NCBI GenBank assembly: GCA_964016885.1
Contig: OZ024742.1
Location: 60,698,001-60,762,000 of the forward strand
Length of the DNA: 64,000 nt
Source: Eledone cirrhosa
Taxonomy: Eukaryota
Reading direction: 5' to 3'
The notes below the pieces were generated by a model, which was not told where the DNA came from, did not search any database, and saw only the letters and a program-made list of their open reading frames with translations. The translations under genes and the position numbers were made by a program. Each line of letters starts with the position of its first letter. Within the stretch, counting starts at the first letter, position 1. This document shows, piece by piece, positions 29,559 to 42,504 of this stretch.

Positions 29559-29714
29559 AATATATCTATTCTAGAGAGTGTGTCCGTTAGATATATAATT
29601 GCATTTCAAGTATCACGAAGAATTTGCAAGTTACTTTATACGAGGAATATTAATAATAGCTTCACTAACATCGGAAGACGATTTGTGTGCAGTATGTATG
29701 TGTATCTATCTATA

Positions 29715-29769
<55 letters not shown>

Positions 29770-29774
<5 letters not shown>

Positions 29775-30017
29775 ATTATTATGTAATAAACAACATAAGG
29801 CAATTATTCCATTTACCAGTGGTTTCTTAAAAGCAAAAGGTTTGTTTTCAATCCTCAGAACGAAAAAATCCTGGTTTGTTTATTAAATTTGGATTACAAA
29901 AACAAAATTGCAATATATATGAAAGTGAGGCTGGAGAAGGGAGAAGGAAAGGAAAAATAAAATAAAATAAAACTACGCATGCAAACACACACACAAAAAA
30001 ACCCCAAAAGCATACTT

Positions 30018-30055
<38 letters not shown>

Positions 30056-30346
30056 GTACGCATACATATATACATATACACTTATATATAAAACGTACAC
30101 TTACATACACATATATACACACATATACACATACATACATTAATACATATACACACACGCACACACACACATACACACACACACACACACACACGCATAC
30201 ACACACATATATATATGTACATATATATATATATACATATATATACATATGCACACATACACATACACACACATACACATGTGTGTGTACAAGCATACAC
30301 AAACATAGCCATACACACAAGTGTATATGTATATATGTATACGTAC

Positions 30347-30384
<38 letters not shown>

Positions 30385-30697
30385 AAGTATGCTTTTGGTT
30401 TTTTTTTGTGTGTGTGTTTGCATGCGTAGTTTTATTTTATTTTATTTTTCCTTTCCTTCTCCCTTCTCCAGCCTCACTTTCATATAGATTGCATTTTTGT
30501 TTTTGTAATCCAAATTCAATAAACAAACCAGGATTTTTTCGTTCTGAGGATTGAAAGCAAAACCTTTTGCTTTTAAGAAACCACTGGTAAATGGAATAAT
30601 TGCCTTATGTTGTTTATTACATAATAATAATAATTAAGCTCTGTTGCCTACATAGAGCACTCTTTTTTCCTGGACTTTACCGATGGAATTACTTCAT
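29770..30697. mobile_element. Inverted-duplicate pLTR-like element with two HHRs (29804-29868 minus, 30534-30599 plus)
   Basis: Arms ~29770-30060 and ~30340-30630; TTTCGTT-CTGAGGA-TTGAAAGCAAAAccTTTTGCTTTTAA-GAAA-CCACTGG-TA-AATGGAA. Confidence 0.82.
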
Positions 30698-30698
30698 T

Positions 30699-30730
<32 letters not shown>

Positions 30731-30731
<1 letters not shown>

Positions 30732-31727
30732 TCGCGCATGCGCAGTACAGACCGTTCTTCGCGCTTGCGCAGTACGTACCGGTCAACGCGCATGTGCAGT
30801 ACGGACAAGCCTTCGCGCATGCGCACTACTGACCAGCCTTCGCGCATACACACTTCGGTCCAACCTTCGCGCATACGCATGTTGGACCACCCTTTGCGCA
30901 TGCACAGTACGGACCAACCTACGCTTGCGCAATACGGACCAGCCTTCAGGCATACACACTTCGGACCAGCCTTCGCGCATGCGCAGTACGGACCAGCCTT
31001 ATCGCATGCGCAAGTCGGACCAGCCTTCGCGCATGCGCACTTCGGACCAGCCTTCGTGCATGAGCACTTCGGAAAGGCCTTCGCGCATGAGCAGTACGGA
31101 CCAGCTTTCACGCATGCGTATTCTGGACCAGCCTTCGCACATGCGCAGTACGGACCAGCATTCGCGCATATGCAACAGGAACCAGCCTTCGCGCTGCGTA
31201 CCTCGGACCCGCTTCGCGCATGCGCATTTCGGACCAGCATTCGTCCATGCCTAGTACGGACCAGCCTTATCGCATGCGCAAGTCGGACCAGCCTTCGCGC
31301 ATGCGCATTCTGATCAGTCTTTGCGCATGCGCATTAACGATCAGCCTTCGCGCATTCGCACTTTCAACCATCCTTCGCGCATGCGCACTTCGGACCAGCC
31401 TCGCGTATGCGCACTTCGGACAGGCCTTCGCGCATGCGCAGTACGGACCAGCTTTTGCGCATGCCTATTCCGGAGCAGTCTTCGCACATGCTTAGTACGG
31501 ACCAGCCTTCGCTCATGCGAAATTCGGACAAGCCTTCGTGCATGCGCACTTCAGACGAGCCTTCGTTCATGCACTGTACGGACCAGCCTTCGCGCATGAA
31601 CACTTCGAACCAGGCTTCGGCATGCGCACTTCGTTCCAGCCTTCGCATATGCGCACTTTGGACCAGCCCTCGCGCCTGCGCATTTCGGACCAGCCTTCGC
31701 GCATTCGCACTTTAGACCAGACTTCGC
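30731..31727. repeat. 27-bp CpG-rich minisatellite (~37 units)
   Basis: Consensus TCGCGCATGCGCA(GTA/CTT)CGGACCAGCCT. Confidence 0.92.
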
Positions 31728-31758
31728 CTACATATATGTCTATTTATGAGTAGATATA

Positions 31759-31802
<44 letters not shown>

Positions 31803-32000
31803 TATTAGATGTATTATTGCAAGTTACTTCACCTGGGGAGGATTAATAATATCTCCACTAACTTCGGAAGACGGTTTGTGTGTGGTGTGGTATGTATGTG
31901 TGTGTATATATATATATATATATATAAATATGTATATATATATGTGTGTCTGTGTGTGTCTGCATCAGGCATAATTTATATGCTATTACATTTATATATA

Positions 32001-32489
32001 TCTAATCAATTGGCGTACAACAGTGCTTAATCTACGGGACTACGTACGGTTTATAATTTGTTGTCCCCTTAGTAAAATAAGTTGGATTACTTTTGAATAA
32101 ATAATGAATGAATATTACATAGTGCATCTACCAAATTTCGCGTCTGTTCATTAAATATATTTTATATATTTAAAGATTAACTTCTTTAAAATTTTCAGAT
32201 GTCAACACTTCCAGTTAGCGATCATTTAAATAAATATTCTTATATTTCCGTCACTAATTTTCTCCTAATGCAGTTTATGATATAATATCGTCTTTTTTTA
32301 ATGTATCATGGATTACGTTACTGATTACAGAAGACAGTGTAACACAGTCTTCGTTCAATTTCTGTGTATATTGTCAATTACACTTTTATTTTATGTATCA
32401 TATCTAGATGCATATATACTTGCGTATAATATCAATATACACACTACACAAGCTATCAGAAAACCACCCGAAGGGTTGTTTTCTGCTAG
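32001..32489 (+). mobile_element. Non-autonomous Helitron, copy 1
   Basis: A|TC start; 3' hairpin gaaaaccacccgaagggttgttttc followed by tgCTAG|T; homologous to 39730-40204. Confidence 0.7.
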
Positions 32490-32661
32490 TTATATGAATG
32501 AGTTTTAAAAAAAGAGTTAATAAACAAATAAAGAGGTAATAAATACAGAGTTAATAAATAAATAAAACGTTATACTTGTTTTACCCTTCCATTTCGTATT
32601 AAATCGAACGCTGTCATGACTGTATGCGTGTGTTTGTTTACATGTATATGTGTGAATGTAA

Positions 32662-32849
32662 TAATAATTGTTTCTACTTTAGGCACAAGGCCATCAATTA
32701 CCAAGTACATTACTGGTACTTTATTTTATCGACCCCGTAAGGATGAAAGGCAAAGTTAACCTCGGCGGGATTTGAACTCAGACTGTAAAGGGACGTAACT
32801 AGGCTAGAAAGCATGGCGTCCAACCCTCTACCGATACTGCCAATTCACC
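32662..32849 (-). mobile_element. SINE family A
   Basis: Full copy with A-box-like tggcagtatcggtag and B-box gagttcaaatcc on the minus strand. Confidence 0.85.
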
Positions 32850-33861
32850 ATGTATACACTATATACAGGAAAGGTCAGTAATTTATTACTACGTTTCTAC
32901 CAGTAAGAAAAATAGCTCAATGTAAATACATCAGATGTTTTACAGAGCAGGAATATAAATGACACAATAATCAAAATTATATTCAAATCATTATATTGAT
33001 TGCCAATCGTTTCTTCCAAACTTTCGTTTGATGTCATCGGAGCACTAACAATGTTTGTAGATATAGTTAATCTCCTAGTCAACTGAAAAATCATGTAGAT
33101 ACATGGATATTAATGCTGTCAACAACAGTTTCGTATTTACAGAGTGGAATGGATGCGAAATATATTACAAGAGAATTGAAAAGCACAGAGTGGAATGCAT
33201 GCGACAGATATCTCAAGGTAATAGTATAATAATTAAAGAGGCATTAAGGAGAAAAGTTACTCGTAAAACGAGGACATCAGCAGTACATATACAAGCGTGT
33301 AGAGAGTGCAAATGTGTTAGGCATATATAGGATGGAGACATTGCTAGTGCTCCGATTACGCGAACGAAAATTTGGAAGAAACGATTGTCAGCAATAAAAT
33401 TATTTAAACATAACTTTGATTATTGTGTAATTTAAATGTGTGAATATATGTATGTTTGTGTGAAAGTATGTGTGAATGTATGTGTATGTGTGTGAATTAT
33501 ATCCGTGAGTGTGTATTTTTATAAGTTTGTGTTTGCGCGATTATAGTTATATATTCATACATATAGAAGTATGCATGTGCACACTCATACACGTCAGTGT
33601 GTAGAAAATCATAATCTCTCTTTCTCTCTTCACACACTTTCTCTTTCTATATATATAGTAGTTGAAGTGGTGGTGGTGGTGACGATATACCGGAAGTGCA
33701 ACTTTGAAAAGAAGTCAATTTTAGATTATTTACTTTTACGAAATTTAGCACATAAATTATGTAATATTCATTAATAATTTAGTCAAAGTAATCCAACTTA
33801 TTTTACTAAGTGGATTAAAAGAAATATACCGTACGCGGTCCCGCATCCCTTGCTTTATTAT

Positions 33862-33929
<68 letters not shown>

Positions 33930-34490
33930 CATGGTTTCAGTGTCTCAAAAGGTTCTTCGTACAACATAGAAAGATCCACGCCTAATGTAGAAATAATAGG
34001 CCAGAGAGATCGAACCTGTTACTATATTTCTAATGACAACACTCACAATTAAAGAAACATGACTGTGTACACATCAAAAAAGATTAGAATACTTTACAAA
34101 CATCAGGAGACACGAGAATGTTTCATGAAATATTTCATGTAGAAATAAATGATTTAAAATGTTTAATATAAGTAAATTTCTTTTCAAATATGAATTTGAA
34201 GGACAATTTGTTTCTTTTTTGGACATAAATATAATGGAAAAAGGGGTTGAATAAAATTTAATAGGACGAAATGAAGAGAACAGGCTAAAGTAGATTACAA
34301 ATATTTTAATGTAAAGAGCGATGAAGTGGTGCAATCAAAGTATTATGGAATACAATTATCAAAGATGACGTACACACGCACATCTGATCGCACACACATA
34401 CAAACACTAGCACACAAGCTCACACACATACACACCACACACACACTCCCACACACACACGCATATATATGTATATATATATATATATAT

Positions 34491-34684
34491 AACGGAGGAA
34501 ATGTGGTAAGGAACCAGGTGGACCATAACGCACCAAAGTACTTAATACTTAGGGTAGTAGAGTGGGTAATAGGAACGAGTAGGACCCCGACGGCTGAGCT
34601 CAAGCCGTTTCGACGGCTAATTCTAGTCCAGAATTAGCCGTCGAAACGGCTTGAGCTCAGCGGTCGGGTTCCTACTCGTTCCTA
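34491..34684. mobile_element. Fold-back short element (half-HHR family), best preserved copy
   Basis: gacggctaattct-agtcc-agaattagccgtc centre, then GAAACGGCttgagctcaGCGGTC. Confidence 0.8.
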
Positions 34685-35899
34685 TATATATATATATATA
34701 CATTGATACTAAATAAATGGAAACTATATTTATAAAACCATATTTATTTTATTATATATATTTCAAGGCCAACCAAGACAACATTGGTACGCTTTCATCA
34801 GATAACATACAAAGTTTGATTTATAAATAGAGACGTACCCATGAAAACCATACATTATGGATTGGACATTCACTGGATAGTGGAAATATATTAGGCATTA
34901 TTCAAACTTATGTGTCAATATGAATATGTAAATAATTGAAAAACAACCGTTTATTTAAATGACACTGGAAAAAGAGAGAAAAGAAAGTGAGAGAGAAAAA
35001 ATATTAATATTACGAGAGAGATAGTGAGAAGAAATTAACAAGAGGATGAATAGAACTCATGTAACGTTAATATGGGGGAATAAATTTTAAGTATATATCT
35101 ACTAATGTTACGTATATTTACGATTATTTAGTTGTTAAAATTATTTTTAATATAATATTTACTGTTATAAGTAGATGGAAAAATAAATATATATATATAT
35201 AGAAAAATAAATATATATAAAATTAGATAGAAAAATATATGGAAAAATAAATCGAGAGAAAAATAGATAGATAGATAAATAAATAGGAAAATAAATCAAT
35301 AAATAGATAAATAGATAACTAGATAGATACATGGATAGATGGGTATATCGTGTTATAAATAATTGTTTTAATGAGATATGAGGGATATTGGTTTATATTT
35401 AATGTAAGTAATTAAGTTAACTGAGTTAATAAGAATATTTATATTTATATATTTTAAATTGGGAAGATACGGAAAAAACTCCAGTTTTGTTTTTTTATTT
35501 GTTAGTATGAGACTATTTTGTCAAAATAAGTATAAATATTAAAGATATAAATGTTGAAAGATATATTTAGCCTGAATTAGTCAGTGGTTGTAAATCTAAT
35601 AAAAGATATTAAAAAAATGTATTAAAAAATATTAAAAATTCGGGAATTTAAAAAAAATAATTTAAGAGATAAATAAATAAAAAAATAAAAAAATGTTTTT
35701 AAATATATGAATAATTTAAGAAATAAAAAATAAAACATAAAAAGTAAATTAAAAAATTTAAAAAATATTAAAATAAAAATTAAAATAAAAAATTTAAAAT
35801 TTAAAGGTTAAGATCTTATATGTATATATTTTAAGAAATTTTAAGTGAAATTATAGAAAATATTATAGATATGATTTAGAGGTAAACAATATATGAAAG

Positions 35900-36030
35900 T
35901 GCAGGCGTGTGGCTGAGTGGTTAGAGAATTGGATTCGCAATCGTGAGGTTGTGAGTTCGATTCCTGGACCAGGCAGTGCGTTATGTCCTTGAGCAAGGCA
36001 CTTTATTTCACTTTGCTCCTCCTAACTGGA
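35900..36030 (+). mobile_element. tRNA-derived SINE family B
   Basis: A-box tggctgagtgg, B-box gagttcgattcc, then tgtccttgagcaaggcactttatttc; diverged relatives near 4460-4530 (minus), 28985-29055 (minus) and 40497-40600. Confidence 0.75.
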
Positions 36031-37327
36031 GTTGCGACCGATAGATAGTATTAGCAATTGGAAAGACCAACGGAAACATTGTTTCCTCGGTCCGATTTGA
36101 CGAAAGTCGATCGTTCCTTTTAATATATTAAAACAGAGTGGATAAGATTGTTATGGAAATAAGTAGAAATATTATAAGTGTAATTATAATTTATATATAG
36201 GTCTAAACTTTGAATTTAGGCGATGTTTACAATAACTAAATAAATTCGTCCGTACATTAATAGAGTTCCTACATTTAAGTATGAAGAAAATTTCCTCAAC
36301 ACACAATTTACAAAATCTAGATAAAGCTGTGTTTCGGTAGAAATACTATTAATTATAATTACAATAAAAAATCTAACTTAAAATCCAAAACTAACAGAAG
36401 AAATAGAACTAGAAATATAAGTTGGTACTCACCCACATTCTATTTAAGCGTTAAAACACCTTTAGCAAAGCTATTTTTAAAGCACTAGATAAATGTTTTC
36501 CAAAAGCCCATAGATCCCACTCAAACTTTAACAGATATACAATAAAACTATCTTACTCTACTACTCTGAACAATGAACATAGCACAAAATATAAATAGAA
36601 TCAATAATAGAAATGTAAACCATAACCAAAATAGCAGTAATATCTCTAGCAATATCCAACATAATAGTACCTTTCCGAATAACATCAACTCCGCTAAATG
36701 TAACTGTAGAATTAAATCAAACTGTCCTTTAAAAAGTAAGTCTTTAGATAAGGACGTGGTCTATAAATGTACAGTCAAAACCAGTGATAATATATTTAAC
36801 TATGTAGGTTCAACTTCTACAGATTTTAAAAGTCGTTGGAATAATCACAAATGCTCTTTCCGAAAACTTGATAAAAAAATCTTCAACTTCTCTATGAAAC
36901 CTGATATGGAACTTAAAATGCAAAAATATGGACTATTCTTTAACTTGGGAAATAATTTCGGAACCAGCTGCCTACCGAGACACAGCTTTATCTAGATTTT
37001 GCAAATTGTGTGGTGAGGAAATTTTCTTCATACTTAAATGTAAGAACTATATTAATGTACGGACGAATTTATTTAGTTCTTGTAAACATCGCGTAAATTC
37101 AAAGTTTAGAACTATATATGAAATATAATTACACTTCTAATTTACTTATTTCCATAACAATCTTATCCACTCTGTTTTAATATATTGTTACTTCTAAATC
37201 ATATCTATAATATTTTCTATAATTTCACTTCTTAAAATTTCTTAAAATATAAACATATATGATCCTAACTTTTAAATTTTTAAATTTTAATTTCAATTTT
37301 AATATTTTTAAAGATTTTTAATTCATA

Positions 37328-38228
37328 ATTTTTTATTTTTTATTTTTTATTTTTTATTTTTTATTTTTTATTTTTTATTTTTTATTTTTTATTTTTTATT
37401 TTTTATTTTTTATTTTTTATTTTTTATTTTTTATTTTTTATTTTTTATTTTTTATTTTTTATTTTTTATTTTTTATTTTTTATTTTTTATTTTTTATTTT
37501 TTATTTTTTATTTTTTATTTTTTATTTTTTATTTTTTATTTTTTATTTTTTATTTTTTATTTTTTATTTTTTATTTTTTATTTTTTATTTTTTATTTTTT
37601 ATTTTCTATTTTTTATTTTTTATTTTTTATTTTTTATTTTTTATTTTTTATTTTTTATTTTTTATTTTTTATTTTTTATTTTTTATTTTTTATTTTTTAT
37701 TTTTTATTTTTTATTTTTTATTTTTTATTTTTTATTTTTTATTTTTTATTTTTTATTTTTTATTTTTTATTTTTTATTTTTTATTTTTTATTTTTTATTT
37801 TTTATTTTTTATTTTTTATTTTTTATTTTTTATTTTTTATTTTTTATTTTTTATTTTTTATTTTTTATTTTTTATTTTTTATTTTTTATTTTTTATTTTT
37901 TATTTTTTATTTTTTATTTTTTATTTTTTATTTTTTATTTTTTATTTTTTATTTTTTATTTTTTATTTATTTTTTATTTTTTATTTTTTATTTTTTATTT
38001 TTTATTTTTTATTTTTTATTTTTTATTTTTTATTTTTTATTTTTTATTTTTTATTTTTTATTTTTTATTTTTTATTTTTTATTTTTTTTTTATTTTTTAT
38101 TTTTTTTTTTTTATTTTCTATTTTCTATTTTCTATTTTTTATTTTTTATTTTTTATTTTTTATTTTTTATTTTTTATTTTTTATTTTTTATTTTTTATTT
38201 TTTATTTTTTATTTTTTATTTTTTATTT
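37328..38228 (+). repeat. (TTTTTTA)n heptamer expansion, ~900 bp
   Basis: Direct reading; absent from the mirrored arm (~35725-35745). Confidence 0.95.
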
Positions 38229-39287
38229 CTGAAATCTTTCATATATTTTTTAAAAATTATTTATTTTATTTTTAAAAATTATTTTTTTTTTAAAATTACT
38301 TTTTTTTTATTTATTTATCTCTTACAAATTATTTTTTTTAAATTTTCCCGAATTTTTAATACTTTTTATTAAAATTTTTAATATCTTTTATTAGATTTAC
38401 CACCACTAACTAATTCAGGCTAAATATATCTTTCAACATTTATATCTTTAACATTTATAATTATTTCGACAAAATAGTCTCATACTAACAAATAAAAAAA
38501 CAAAACTGGAGTTTTTTCCGTATCTTCCCAATTTAAAATATATAAATATAAATATTCTTATTAACTCAGTTAACTTAATTACTTACATTAAATATAAACC
38601 AATATCGCTCATATCTCATTAAAACAATTATCTATAACACGATATACCCATCTATCCCTTTATCTATTTATCTATTTATCTATTTATCTATTTATTGATT
38701 TATTTTTCTATTTATTTTTCTATCGACTTATAACAGTAAATATATTAGAAAAGAATTTTAACAACTAAATAATCGTAAATATATGTACCATTAGTAGATA
38801 TATACTTAAAATGTATTCCCCCATATTAACGTTACATGAGTTCTATTCATCCTCTTGTTAATTTCTTCTCTCTATCTCTCTCGTAATATTAATTCTTTTT
38901 CTCCCTCTCTTTCTTCTCTCTCTTTCTCCAGTGTCATTTAAATAAACGGTTGTTTTTCAATTATTTACATATTCATTTGCATATTCACACATAAGTTTGA
39001 ATAAGCCCTAATATATTTCCACTATCCAGTGAATTACCAACCGATAAGGTATGATTTTCATGGGTACGTCTCTATTTATAAAACAAACTTTGTATTTTAT
39101 CTGATGAAAGCGTACCAATGTTGTCTTGGTTGCCCTTGAAATATATATAATAAAATAAATATGGTTTTATAAATATAGTTTCCATTTATTTAATATCATT
39201 GAATATTTACTCCAGTAAACTGTTGAGTTTTCTAAATCGGTTATAAACATTTATGTTTGTCGGACTTCCAACAAATTAAATACAACT

Positions 39288-39350
<63 letters not shown>

Positions 39351-39729
39351 CAACGGTAGGAAATTGCATAGACAAATGTATCCACATTATGCATCTGTGT
39401 ACGAGTATATAGGCAGAATGACATAAGATCTGAGAGTAAAGATGTTAGAAGATAGATTCTTACCATTTTTTCTAAACGTCATACATCTAACATCTGTGTA
39501 TATATGCGTAAGTATTATCTAGTTTGTATTATATATATATATATATATATATATTATGTATGGATGTATGCGCCACACTATATACATACGGATATATACA
39601 CATAGAGAGAATACCCTACGTATGTTTGTATGTGTACAATATTAGATGTATACCTTATAGAAAAAAACTTATACGGTTGCCTAGTATATCAAATGAATTG
39701 ATACTCTAGGAGTTCATGAAATATATAAA

Positions 39730-40204
39730 CTAGCAGAAAAACCACCATCGGGTGGTTTTCTGCTAGCCTGTGTAGTGTGTATATTGATATTATACGCAAG
39801 TATATATGCATGCAGATATGATAAATCAAATAAAATCGTAATTGTCAATATATACAGAAATTGAACGAAAACTGTGTTACACTCTCTTATATAATCAGTA
39901 ACGTAATCCATGATACAATAAAAAAAGACGATATTATATATAAACTGCATTAGGAGAAAATTAGTGACAGAAATATATGAATATTTATTTAAACGATCAC
40001 TAACCGGAAGTGTTGACATTAGAACATTTTAAAGAAGTGAATATTTAAATAAGTAATAAAATATATTTAATGAACAGCCAGGAAATTTAGTAGATAAATT
40101 ATGTAATGTTCATTCATTCAAAGTAATCCAACTTATTTTACTCAGGGGATAAACAATTATAAACCGTTCGCAGTCCCGCGCTTCTTACTTTATTATAGTT
40201 TAGA
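39730..40204 (-). mobile_element. Non-autonomous Helitron, copy 2 (475 bp)
   Basis: Minus strand A|TCTAAACTATAATAAAG ... gaaaaccacccgatggtggtttttc tgCTAG|T; no TSD, inserted between A and T. Confidence 0.8.
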
Positions 40205-40348
40205 TATATGTTCTCATCTGAATCATATTTAAATATTTCTTTAATATTTTACTCAGTGGGGGAATGATTGTTTCCGTTATTCTCCCCGGCGTTATTGTCA
40301 GTTCAATACCATAACTACTAATCCATGCGTCTTCACATACACATTTTT

Positions 40349-40455
<107 letters not shown>

Positions 40456-40845
40456 GAGAGAGAGAGAGAGTGAGGCACACAGGTTGATATATTTGAAGGG
40501 GCGTGATTTAGTAGTTAGAGTATTCGTCTCACAATTGGAAGGTCATGGGTACGATAATCGTTGGTGTGTTGTGTCCCTGAGCAAGTCATATTTTATTTTG
40601 TCCGAACAACTCAGCTGGCAAGAATTAGTTGTACTTGTAGTTCGAACGGCCAGCCTTGTCACATTCTATGCAAGGTGGATCTCCATTAGAACTAGGTTAA
40701 GTGTGTGCGTATTTCTGGAATGCTCTGCCACTTGCACGTTATTTTCATATGCATGATGTTCTGTTGATCGAATAACCTGACGCATTCCTCGCCGTAAAAA
40801 ATAGAGTGCCTCTTTATATATTCATATATATATATATAAATATGC

Positions 40846-40889
<44 letters not shown>

Positions 40890-40890
40890 A

Positions 40891-40941
<51 letters not shown>

Positions 40942-40955
40942 CTAAACAAGCATAC

Positions 40956-40989
<34 letters not shown>

Positions 40990-41321
40990 ATAACATTTAT
41001 GTCCTCTCATGTTTACGTTCTAAACAAGTATCTGAGACATTAATCTGAGAGCCAGCCATAAATTCTATGAAAGCTGGAAATTGCCAGAATTGTGCGTATT
41101 TGATTCTTCTAGATATTTCTTCTCACATATCGAATTCCATCGGAAATAACCAATTATTTCAATTGCCCACACTCACATACCCCACACATCACTAAACACT
41201 AGATTTACAAACCAGTAAATTGTCGTTATTATTTACCCTTTTGTTTTATGATTTAGCTCGCAATATACCAAATCCCTCTTTTGCTCTTTCGCTTTATGTA
41301 TAAATTTGCGTGTGTATATAG

Positions 41322-41388
<67 letters not shown>

Positions 41389-42087
41389 GTATGTATGTAT
41401 ATATACATACATACCTACATGGTGGTTGCCAACTCGTTTTCGAGTACGGCCACTACTTTATATCCATGTAGGAGAACCCCTAGCGATGCACTGAACGATG
41501 TGACTTTTAGTCCAGCCAGCGACTTGAAAACTCTGGTAGAAACACTACACTTGTGACAATTATTGACACAGTGCTGGGCCGATGGTACGATGTGACGACA
41601 AGTGCAGAGAGATCTCCCGATATAAAGCAATGCCTCTGCCGTGAAGCTTTTATAGTGAGCAAAGGCACTGCACAAAGCCAGTCCCACGCTCTTAACCAAG
41701 ATGATATTTACCAAAAAGAAAAAACAAGTCAACATCATTGGATACCACCAGGGTTGCAGGTGTTATATCGGAGTTTTCCTTCTCCTAGAATTCTGCCTTG
41801 ACAAAGGCTAATGGGTCATCTCTCCCGGTGATTTTGGATGGCCATTGACTCTTAAGAGCTCCTTTGCCCTTTGACAGGTTTTGTTTTTAGTCCTGCAGGA
41901 TGTCCAAAGTCACCCTGCTCACCAAGAAACCTTGGTGGGGTTGCCAGTTTAGTCGCCAACGACCCGACCATGAGACAGGTTGTACTGGGATACATGTTAC
42001 CAGTAGCACCAACTGGTGACCTGACATAATGCATACCTACATACATACCTACATACATACATACAAACATACATGTATGCATATACT

Positions 42088-42135
<48 letters not shown>

Positions 42136-42136
<1 letters not shown>

Positions 42137-42475
42137 GATATTAAACAAATGGAAACTATATTTATAAAACCATATTTATTTCGTTATATATATTTCTGGG
42201 ATATCATATTAAAAATATGTTATGCCTTCCTCAGACAAAATACAATACATAAGCTGTTTTATAAATAATTAGTGACATACCTTGTGATAATGCAACTTCC
42301 TTTTAAAAAGTTGATTTGATTTTTTAATATATATAACGAAATAAATATGGTTTTATAAATATAGTTTCCATTTGTTTAATATCGTAAACCTACTCCAGAA
42401 ACTGTCGAGTGCTTTTATATCAGTTATAAAATATTTACTCGTTGTAACCCAACAATCTTAAATAAAACTTTTGCA
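42136..42475. mobile_element. Inverted pLTR-tail element with HHR (42177-42243, minus)
   Basis: Arms 42136-42195 and 42325-42385; minus strand TATTTTGT-CTGAGGA...GAAA-TATATA-TA-ACGAAATA. Confidence 0.75.
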
Positions 42476-42504
42476 TATATATATATATATATATACATAT
42501 ATAT

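Larger units (their letters stand above)
34701..39293 (+). mobile_element. 5'-truncated PLE (GIY-YIG with CNCR..CPL linker, possibly Nematis-like) with long inverted pLTR
   Basis: AKCNCRIKSNCPLKS...VVYKCTV...YVGSTSTDFKSRWNNHKCSF...LTWEI...CKLCGEE (36573-37128); 34701-35880 inverted to 37190-39200; HHRs at 39093-39157 (perfect 8-bp stem I) and 34745-34809 minus. Confidence 0.88.

Noticed and set aside
30600-31313. 237-aa ORF with GPAFAHAQY repeats as a His-rich structural protein
   Set aside because: ORF begins inside an HHR element and crosses a microsatellite; the array has frameshifts and changes look like CpG decay; open frames follow from the 27-bp unit
30731-31727. CRISPR-like array
   Set aside because: Head-to-tail repeats without unique spacers, no cas genes, eukaryotic context
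35900-35975. tRNA gene
   Set aside because: A and B boxes present but no cloverleaf; continues into a SINE body
39714-40019. 101-aa ORF duplicated near 32199
   Set aside because: Lies within a non-autonomous Helitron; the frame is broken in the other copy
41420-42030. Possible LINE 5' region
   Set aside because: No protein motif recognised; cannot classify without a database
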